Below the pieces are notes generated by a model, which did no database searches, was not told where the DNA came from, and saw nothing but the letters and a program-made list of their open reading frames with translations. The translations under genes were made by a program, and so were the position numbers. A stretch of DNA of 64,000 nt from Utricularia gibba (taxonomy: Eukaryota; Plantae; Magnoliophyta): assembly GCA_002189035.1 (NCBI GenBank), contig CM007992.1, positions 930,001 through 994,000 of the forward strand, in the 5' to 3' direction. Below, piece by piece: positions 54,243 to 64,000 of the stretch (position 1 is the first letter of the stretch; every line of letters starts with the position of its first letter).

Positions 54243-57200
54243 TCATCTCCAAAGCCTGCTTAATAAGCCCTTGGCTTCCTTCTTCATCTTGTTCTCCAGC
54301 GGTGGGAATTCCAAGAAATTATGGGCGAGATCAAGGACGATTGGATTTCTAGGAACTGATTGAAAAGCAGGTGGGAAGGCTGCAATATGAGGAGCGATCT
54401 TCTTGGTGGGATCACCTGCGGCGGACTCAAACTCGTCCAATTTCTCAAGTAGCAATTTCGGAACCTGCAGGAAAAGAAAGAGCACATCAATGTACATATG
54501 TTCGAATAATCAAGCATATACAGATTGATATAATGGATCTACAAACAAATTAAGAGACAAAAAATATGAATTTGTCGGTGGAATAGGTTGACATGCAAAC
54601 ACTGGACCAAAAAACTGCAGAAGGAAGTCATGTCAGATGCTACAAAGCATGAGCACCGCACCTTGTTATCACTTCCTGCTATTGACATTTTTTCCATCTT
54701 ATTTGAGAGATGGTCTGGTGCTTTCTCCACTTCCGTAATCCCAACAGCGTGTTCAATGCAAATGTTTGATCGACAGTCGTCATCTAATTGCTTCAGCTCC
54801 TGGCGAATAATCTGTCAAAACGATGAAACAAGACAGAAAATGAGCAATTTGTGACAGCAACTCCATGACTAATCAAATTTACACTCCACTGAAGGGAGAG
54901 GCTCAGGAAAAAGAAGTTGCACACCCGATCTGCATCACTTGCACTTGAAAGTTTATTCATTGCATCTTTGACAAGAGAGCGAGATCTATGAAACAAAGCA
55001 TATGCCTCTGCTCTCTTTCCAGCCAAACTGTACGATTTGGCCAAGTAGAAGCACCTGCCGCACATTTAAAAATGGTAAAATTAATGATTTTGGTCTTGTT
55101 GATGCAAAATATGCAGCCACGACACAGAGAAGCCATTGAATGTGTACTGGCACACGTGACTAGTCTCTATGCCCTCTGTTCCTTATGTGTATAAATATAG
55201 CAGCCATTCAAAGTATGGCTTCAAAATTCTGAAATTAGCTGGAACTCAGACTGGGATATTTTCTATCACAAGTTATCAACCTCTGCAACCAAGTTTCCAT
55301 GGAACCAGCCTTTTGACCGATTACCCAGAGAGGATAAGTCCTCCCCCATGGCAAAGGGAAAAGTAAAGGAGGTGACGAAAAATACATAAAATCACAAACC
55401 TTGCTGTACGGAATAAAGCACTTTTTATTTCATATTCCTGAATAAAAGCCATTTCCTCTGGTTTCACATTTCTTCCAGAACTAACCAGATCAACAAGATC
55501 AGCAGTATTCTGCATTTATGAAGCAAAGAGCACTTTTTAGCGTATGCAAATATATCAGATAACAGAAAATGTACGGCCACATGGATAAAAGTCATAGAGT
55601 GATGAGAGAAACGTGAGAAATCAGCAATTACAAAACTTTCTCTCAGATATGCACCTGCAGCAGGAGATCATATAACCGGACAAGCTCCTCAGGCTTTGTC
55701 ACTTTCTCATTTTTATCATCCCGAACCTTGCTCAGTTTTCCTTTTGCAATGTTCACTAGGAGTTGATTGCGTTCAATAGTTCTCTCTCCTAAGAGCGCTG
55801 CAATAGCCTTATCAAGGCCGCTGAGTTCATCTTTCATGCTTTCAGAATTGCCAGCGGCAGCCTGAAATAAAAAAAAAACAAACTATATGATGAATAAATA
55901 CACATTCAATAAATGTATGGGCATATCACTTCAATGTCTCGTCTGTTCCAGAAAAGGTGAAAAAGAGTGTGGCAGGGGGAAACACAATAAAGAGTCCGTA
56001 CCAAGTCATTCCGTAAGCAGCTTCTGGCATCATTATATGCAGAAAAAATTTTGTCAAAAATGGCTAGCCGTTTTTCTGCAGGAATGGAATCTGCAGATGG
56101 ACTGCTAACATCTCTTTCCAATTCCTGAGCTGACAGATTGCCATGTAACAGAAGAATGAGAGGATAATGACACATTCAATTTGAGGTCTAACACGCACAA
56201 CCATAATAGAGGCTAAGATGGAAGTATGCAAAGAAGTTTTCTTTTCCCATTTTGAATATTCGGTTTGGCATCAGCTTCCATAGATTGCAAATAAGAAATA
56301 AAAATAAAATATGAGAAAATCCAACACTAAATTTGACATGGAATCGGAGGAAAAAAAAAAGAAAAAACAAGCCCCATCGAAAGCATAAAATATTGAGTGC
56401 CATGCACCTCCACATGAACGCGCAAGCAGAACTAGTTTACATTGTGGAGAGAATTCTGGACAAGCATACACAAAGGGCGTCTCTAGATCTCAGACCACTC
56501 AAACTTCAACTACGAACATAAATAATGTCTTTCTTGTATTTAGGATTCAAGTAACATAACAGGCCTCAAAATCCCAAAGAGCATCTGGAACTATGAAACC
56601 CATGCTTAAGAAAGTTATCATACCTTTTAATATAGCTACTCTAGTCTTAGCACTTGAAATAGGGAATGTATGACCAAGCCAGTGCAATTCAGTCATTGAA
56701 GCAACTTGCTGAGATCGAGCCTCAGCCATGACAGCCTATCAAACATTTCAAATTAGAACACAAATATAAGTTACACGCTTCACTGAAAGAAGAAAAACGA
56801 AAGACAGCTAAAAGCAAGAAAGCATCAAATTATCATATAAGCGTCTTCAACATCTATTAAATAATCTAGAAAACGGGCACCTCCACTTTAGCTCTAAAAA
56901 GATCCAGAGCAGGTCCCTCCATTTCTCCCATCTGGAACAATTCAGATGTTTGCACATTTGCATCCCCAATCTTGTGTAAGCAGTACCGTATACTAGGCTC
57001 AAGTTCCTCAACACGCCCTCGGCACAAAAGCTGGTTCTCCAGATCTCCATACTTTCCAAGTTCCTCATAAACAGCCCTGAAGAGCTCAGATAATCGGAAA
57101 TCTAAAAAACTACAAAAGTATTTAACTTAAATGATAACAAGAAGTGTTGTTTAACAGAATATGACACCTTGAATTTTTAAAACACTTCAGCGCAACATCC

Positions 57201-58801
57201 CATTGTTGATCTTGTTCAAATAAGAGACACCCCTTCATATAAGAGGCATAAGCCTGCAAATTAACATACACAAGATAAATAAGTGATGCTTCCTTAAAAT
57301 CTTGATAAAGAATTAACTGTTCCTTGCTCAAATAATGTGCAGTAATTCCTAATAGAGGATACACACAGCAGAAGGGAACCATATGTTTTTAAAACAATTA
57401 GGCTGTTGGGCTGTTGGGCATATTAGGCACGACAATTAAATTACAAGAAAGCTGTAAAGTTCTACTCAAAGGCTACTTATTCCAGTGAAAAACTCATAAA
57501 ATTTTTCCTTTGTTCCCAAAGAAAGAGAGAAAAAAAACTGAGAAAAAGAGCAGTAGCAAAAAAAGACAAAGAACCTCTGCTTCCAGTGATGTTCTTGAAT
57601 CTCCCTTTCTGAAACACAAATCCTTGAATTGTGAGGCCCACTTAACAGCCTTCCTAAGCCTGCATATGAGATGGCCTTTTTGTCGTGCATTGGGACCATC
57701 TGGTCGCGTTTTCTTTTCCATGGCATAACTCCATGCTCTCTCAGCAGCATACAGAAGCAGATGAAGAAACCTTAAAAATCAAAATGTGCACTTCTTAAAT
57801 TGGCGTTTCAGAGCCTCCAGACAGTCAATCCGCAGAAGGTTATGCAGTCTCAAGTCAGGTTATAACAACACAAGAACAATTCTGCAGAACACAAGTGACG
57901 ACTATACTCAAATAATCATGGGATATGATCCCAACTACATGAAATATGGCAAATCTAATGAATATTATAATGATTTGAAAGGACAACCTTGTTTTATTCT
58001 CCATGAGATCATCATTTACAATACCAACATTGCGAGAAGAACAAAATGCATAAATGTCACCCAACACAACGTATTCTTTACTCTAACATAAATGCCAACC
58101 AACAAATAAGTGACTTCATGGCTGAAATAAGCTTTCCATAGATCTTAAAATGTTTATAAACGAGTTTAAGGAATTTGCATCAAATACCAATGGATAATCG
58201 GAAATAGTGAAAGAACAAAACTTGAGCTTTTCCAGAAGGCAGAAATTGAGTTCCCTAAACCAAAGAAAAACCCCCTCCGGGATCACAATAAATAAGAGAT
58301 CAAAATTGACACAACATCTACCTGACTTCGGTCACAGTAGACTCAACAACAGGTTTATTCACATACTTTCCACGACCATGTTTGAACTTCAGTGACTTGT
58401 TCAATCTTCTTATACGTGCAGTACAGTATCTCCTGGAGAAATAAAATGTCTTCACAGGTAATCCCACTAATCAATGTCAAAATTTAAGAAACACAATCTT
58501 CCAATGCTAAGCCATCAGGAAATAAACGACAGAAGAAAATAGAAAGACAAATGAACCGTACCGATATCGGGTGTAGTCCCCTAATCGCAATCCATGCTGC
58601 ATTTGAGCCGATTTAATACGCCGCAACACTAAACATCACGCCGCGAATGTCAAACAATCTTCACCATACGCATGAATTCACCAGAGCAGTTTTTTCGTAA
58701 AATGTACCGTTGATGGAGAACCTAGGGTTGCCAGGCACATCGGCGGCAGCAGAACTGTCTTCATCGATTTCCATAGAGGCTCTACTACCGTCGTTCGCCA
58801 T
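54243..58801 (-). CDS. SRP68: Signal recognition particle subunit SRP68
   Basis: MEIDE..PRFSINV, QHGLRLGDYTRYR, RLRKAVKWA, EAYASYMKG, ERTIERNQLL, KPEELVRLYDLLLQ, AFQSVPRNPIVLDLA. Confidence 0.95.
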
Positions 58802-60832
58802 CGGATGTTGTAGCCGAATTCGAAACCTCCAATGCCAAAAACCTTGCGAAAAGCTTCAATCCTGCGGTTTTCCCGAGATTCAACCACGGTCTTTTTTATA
58901 ATCTGATATGACTGACTATCTACATATAAATTTATTATTTATCTCCGAAATTTTCGTATTTATCTCAAATTCCTGAAAATCGAATAAATAGGATACAAAT
59001 CAGATAAGTATCTGTTCCGCAATTGTATACGTAAATTTCGGATATCGGTTACAATATTCGTATTAAAAATTATTGGATATTGAATAATTAGTAGACGAAT
59101 TGGATAAATATTTATTTTGCAATTCTAACATTTAAATGTTAAATCATTAATATTTGTATTCAAACATATAGTTAATACACAGCACTTTTTAAAAGCATAA
59201 AAAATAATATATTTAATTATGTCACTAATTAATTAACATTCAAATATCAGTCGAATATTATAATATTAAATCTATAGCCTAAGTTATGCGTGAAATCAAA
59301 TATATCCATAAATAAATATGAAACAAATATTCACAAAAAAAAAGGAATTTGATTGAATTTATCTTTTTGGAAAACATCCCTTATCGAAGACGTCTTGTAC
59401 GGCATCAAGGATGAGCAGACCCGACCACACGGCCCATTATCCATAACAACCAAAGCCCGATCCGGTTCAGGCCTCCACCTTTCTTTCGGTTATTAAATTT
59501 AAAACTAAATATTTCTAAAAAAAAGTTACAAATAAAAAAATAGTTTATTTATTAAAAAAAAACCTCAACGGTAAATAATAATTCCACCGAATAAAGAAAC
59601 CGCTCTAGAGTATGTGTACCAACGAAGGTTTCTAAATACACCGAATGGTATCCTACCCTAGTTATAGACAACATAAAGTATATGCTGAAGTAGATGAATA
59701 ATTTAAAGCTACGTTTTGAAAAAAATTTAAATATATTTTTATTTTTCAAAAATAAAAATAATTTTGTTTTAGAATATTATCAATTATAAAAGTATTTCTA
59801 TCAAAAATACTTTTAAAATTATTCTACAAAAATTATTTTTGAAAAAGTAAGTAATAGATTACTTTTAATTATTATTTCTATTTTTAAAAAATAATTTTAT
59901 AAAATAAAAATAAATTACAAAAATTTTCCAAAACACTTTTTTCATTCTATATAAATTACTTTCTTGATAAAATGTCAAATTGTAAAGTTTGGGTATTTAA
60001 AGCGAATAATATTTTTATATAATTTTCATATATTTTATAACTTTTTGATTTATTGAATTAATATTTATTTAAAATCCATTATTTATTTATTTGCTTATTT
60101 TATGTGAGCAATCTTTCTTTCTCTATCATGTCGTATAACCCACATGTCTTTTCAATTTATTTTCACCTAAGGTAACCGTCTATTGATGGAACATTATGCT
60201 GATCTAAATGTTCAAATCCCATTAATTAAAAAAGATTTTAAAAAATATCCCAGAAAAACTTCCATTCTTTCAATCTTTACTGAAGAAAGTATTGTTTTTT
60301 TCTAGAAATTTCGAATTTTGGATTTTGTTTTTCTGAAAATGATGGTTTTTTTCACTGAAGAATGTGTTGGTTGGTATGGGTGGGGGGAGGAGGGAATGAT
60401 GATGGGGGTAGGGGTATAGATGTAATTAGCCACTGAGGACTGGCACTGACGTGATGTATAAAGAATAAAATGGAGAGCGAAGCCCTAACCCTAACGCCTA
60501 GGCCTCTACTTTCCACTCCAGACGACGACCAATCAATCGCGCGTTCGTGCATCATTAATTTTTTTTTCTTTTTTTTTCCATATAAATATTACTTTTTTAT
60601 TACGAAACCACATGCCTTTAATCATTCAGTTTTACTGTTCATTGCATTGTTTTTTTACCATGTTGAATAATATTCGTCAAATAATTTGAGGAGAATATTA
60701 AATTAATACAAGTTGAATTAGGTCGGGAATATTCATTTTGAGGCAAAAAAATATTATTTTAATCCCAATTTTATAAGTGTTTCGATCACTTTCTCGGAAT
60801 ATGCAAAAGTAGAGTGCATAAAAAAAGGTTAG

Positions 60833-60904
60833 CGCCGTTGCCGGGGATCGAACCCGGGTCACCTGCGTGACAGGCAGGTATACTCACCACTATACTACAA
60901 CGAC
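60833..60904 (-). tRNA. trnD-GUC: tRNA-Asp (GUC)
   Basis: GTCGTTGTAGTATAGTGGTGAGTATACCTGCCTGTCACGCAGGTGACCCGGGTTCGATCCCCGGCAACGGCG, 72 nt, full cloverleaf, A and B boxes, upstream CAA and a downstream T7 terminator. Confidence 0.97.
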
Positions 60905-63153
60905 TTTGTTGATATGCGAGATATACAACTTATTCATTTAACTACTCATCATCCTCCATTCCTCCATCTGAAACTTCTTTTGTTTCTTTCAAATCAGAAT
61001 GCTTCGGGGTTGGCACTGAGGAGGGGGCCGGGGGTCGTTTCCTTCTTCCCTTTGTTGATGTGTGAAGAGGGGGTAACATGTGATGGAGTGACTGATACCT
61101 ACTTACCAGTGCAGTACCAGAAGTTTGCTTTTCCTTTTGAGGCTATCTGCTGGTCGATAATAATTGATCCTACACAACGGATGCCACCCACAAAATGTCC
61201 CAATAACTGTAACATCGCAGCAGCCCACCACCCTCCTCCTCATCCCTCTGCTAACACAACCAAGAACTCATCAGACACAGGCGTTTACACGATAGCACAG
61301 TGAATGTTTTGTGTTATGTGAAGGAAGCCCGACTGCTATCAGTATTCAGTCAGGGCTCCTGGATCCCCTTCAAATTTAGTACTCAAAAACCGTTTCCCAA
61401 AGGCATCACAGTTTTTTCAAAGAGAAAGAAGCCTGATGTGAATGATTTGGTGCCCATATTCTGAGATTTAGACAAGACAAAAACCCTTATTTTATCTGGA
61501 TGCTGCCAAAGTACCGCCCGCTGCAAAGGGCAGTCTTTTCCTAGGGAAGGGGTGCCAACGCCCAAACCCTTACCTTCTTCTTCTCATTAATGGCGATCAT
61601 TAATAAAATAGTATCCAACACTAAACAGCACGCAGGCGAAGACCCTTCAGGGCCACAAACACACAACCCTAATTCGACCTTATGATGAATTTAAAATTAC
61701 TCCAAAATGGAACTCCATCTAGTTGCTGCCCAGAATCCACTTGTGCATAAGAGTGCCCCCGATGCAATCGAAATGGGTAATGATTCTGGAAAATTTGTTT
61801 TTAAGAAACATTTAGAATAAAATCATTCATATTTGATAGTAATATCATTTTATGAAAGTAATCCTCCATAGACATGCATCAAGTTATAAAATTGTTTAAA
61901 TTAAGGGTTCGATATAATAAATATCATACGTGAAATCTAAATATATAATAAACGTAAATCACATTAAAAAATCAAATCTAATTAATTAGTATTGATCTCT
62001 AAATTTTTATGTACTTTGACTATTTTATTGTTATTTCTAAATGTGTGATTATTGATTCCAATAAAAATTGCCCACATTTTGAAATCAGTATTATTTTTAA
62101 TTATTTATATTTGGGATGATAAAAAAAAATTCCAATGTGCTAAAGCTTTAGGATCTTTTTGGTACAATTTCAATTTCAATAAAAGTATTTTTAAAGTGAT
62201 TCTTAGATAAAATATGATCACTTTTGTTCTGCGTAAAATGAAACAATGAAATGTTTCAATTTTTTGAGAAACTAAGAGATACTTGCTCCAATAAAAACAG
62301 AATTAATTCTTAAATATAATGAATCATATTTTTTAGAGTTATTTTTTGAAGTTTCACCAAACATACATTTATCTTATCTGGTGATAAGAAGCCTAATGTC
62401 ACGCATGTAGAAAAAGATGTGGGGGGTTTGGGGGCCGGGGTTGGCGGACGTCACTCTTTATTGCAACCCAGATGATGTTCTTGTTCAATTCTCACGCGTT
62501 TGCCGCTGTCCACTCGCAGACTGTTGTTTTGTCTGTCTTGTGTTTGTCTGCATGATCTCACTTGTTCTGATGTTTTGTTGGTAAAAGAAAAACGAACAAA
62601 CTGTATGTAATAGGGGGGCTTTTTTTTAATGGAGATAGATTCGAGATTCGAGATAAGCTTCAACCGGCTTTAAGGCAACAATTGTCTTCTTTGGAGGGGG
62701 TGATAATTGATCTGGGGAATTAGAAAGTTGTAAGAAAGAAAGGATGGGAAAACACCAGATGTCGCCATTCCCAAGATGAGAAAAGAAGATAAACCCTGAG
62801 TTGTTCACACCACTTCGCACAAACAAATAAAAAGAAGTTAATGCTCTGAGAGTGAACCTGCCTTTAATTCTTCCTTTCTTTCCCTGACTTGAGACGACTC
62901 CAAATCCCGATCTCTACAGCTTGTGTATTTAGTATTTTTCTGAAAAAAGCGCCATAAAACTCGGGAGACCCTCGCGTGGGATGCATTCAAAAACAGAAAA
63001 AAGATTGCTTCTTCCTGTGAACAAACAGTGGATTTTGTTTCAGAGAGGTTTTCTGGGAAAAACCGAAGGGCAAAAGGAGGAGACAAACTGAACACAAAAC
63101 CCACAAAGGAAAAAGAGGGTTTCTTTTTTCACAGCTGAGAAGCTAAGAAGAAG

Positions 63154-63779
63154 ATGGAAGGTGGTGGCTCCAGCAGTGGTGGCTCTTGTTTGATGGGTTT
63201 TGGAGGAGAAAACAGTAGTCTGTTTTGGCCTCTCACCGGTTACCTTCCGCCGGCTATGATGACTAACAATAGTAGCGACCACGGGGGTGGCGCCTACGTC
63301 TTCACCGGCGGAGACCACCGTTATTTCATGGAAACTCCGGGCGGTGAACAGCTATCTTCCATCAAAGCCAAAATCATGGCTCACCCTCTCTACACCCGTC
63401 TCTTAGCTGCCTATGTTAACTGTCAGAAGGTGATCTTTTTTCTCCCCTCTTAAACATATCTGCAGAGTTTGTCTAGGAACAAGAAAAAAAAAAAAAAAGA
63501 AAGTTTGCATCACATCTTCGAACCTGTCTCAGATTGGAGCTCCGGCAGAGGCGGTGGCGCGTCTGGAGCAAGCGTGTGCATCCGCGGCGGCGATGGTTCC
63601 ACAGGGAAGCAGCAACTGGGTTGCTCAGGATCCTGCCCTTGATCAATTCATGGAAGCTTACTGTGAGATGCTAACCAAATACGAGCAAGAGCTCTCCAAA
63701 CCCTTCAAAGAAGCAATGGTTTTCCTCTCCAAAATCGAGGGACAACTGAAAGCTCTCACCTTGATACCCTCCTATTCAG
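63154..63779 (+). CDS. STM: Class I KNOX homeobox gene, SHOOT MERISTEMLESS-like; exons 1-2 only, continues beyond the window
   Basis: Exon 1 63154-63429 (IKAKIMAHPLYTRLLAAYVNCQK) and exon 2 63533-63779 (IGAPAEAVARLE..DPALDQFMEAYCEMLTKYEQELSKPFKEAM), i.e. the MEINOX domain. Confidence 0.93.
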
Positions 63780-64000
63780 GTACTAGTGAAGAAAAAATGT
63801 CCATGTTTTATATTGATTCAGATCTCGATTTGGTGTAATTGAGCTCCCATGTGCATGTTTCCAAGAAAGTTATCTGTTTTTACTTTAAAGAAAAAGCTTT
63901 GGGGGTTTTCTAAGTGTTCTGTTGCTCTACCTGCATCCTTTCCCCTTCCCCATCTCTGCAGTGTGCTTCTTCTTTACATTCCTTCAAGTGTGCCGCTATT

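Noticed and set aside
60914-61303. 129-aa ORF between the tRNA and STM
   Set aside because: Low-complexity, with no family resemblance or coding-like composition.

Overview
Gene-dense eudicot nuclear DNA: 16 protein-coding genes (the last, STM, is cut by the window end) and one tRNA-Asp in 64 kb, with mostly 65-90 nt introns and very AT-rich spacers. This is consistent with a highly compacted genome; the species cannot be determined here. Gene order: GULLO3-like(-), cytosolic NADP-malic enzyme(+), PDF2/ATML1 HD-ZIP IV(+), PPR336-like(-), MEF18-like PLS-E PPR(-), Derlin-2(-), GLOX-type copper radical oxidase(+), MATE(-), SKU5-similar(+), A1 aspartic protease(-), group IIb WRKY(-), POP4(+), EHD1(-), RNase H2B(+), SRP68(-), tRNA-Asp(-), STM(+). 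Eight single-base deletions, seven in G/C runs, break six otherwise conserved genes and look like long-read consensus errors rather than pseudogenes. I found no clear multi-gene novel system. The best leads are: a GLOX whose cofactor Cys and axial Tyr are both substituted; a small hAT-type MITE family with 8-bp TSDs, including a 42-bp copy; the HD-ZIP IV 3'UTR stem-loop plus a leader uORF; a (GGGAT)5 G-quadruplex/hairpin island; and an unassigned GC-rich segment next to the malic enzyme. Orthology calls come from remembered family sequences, not database searches.
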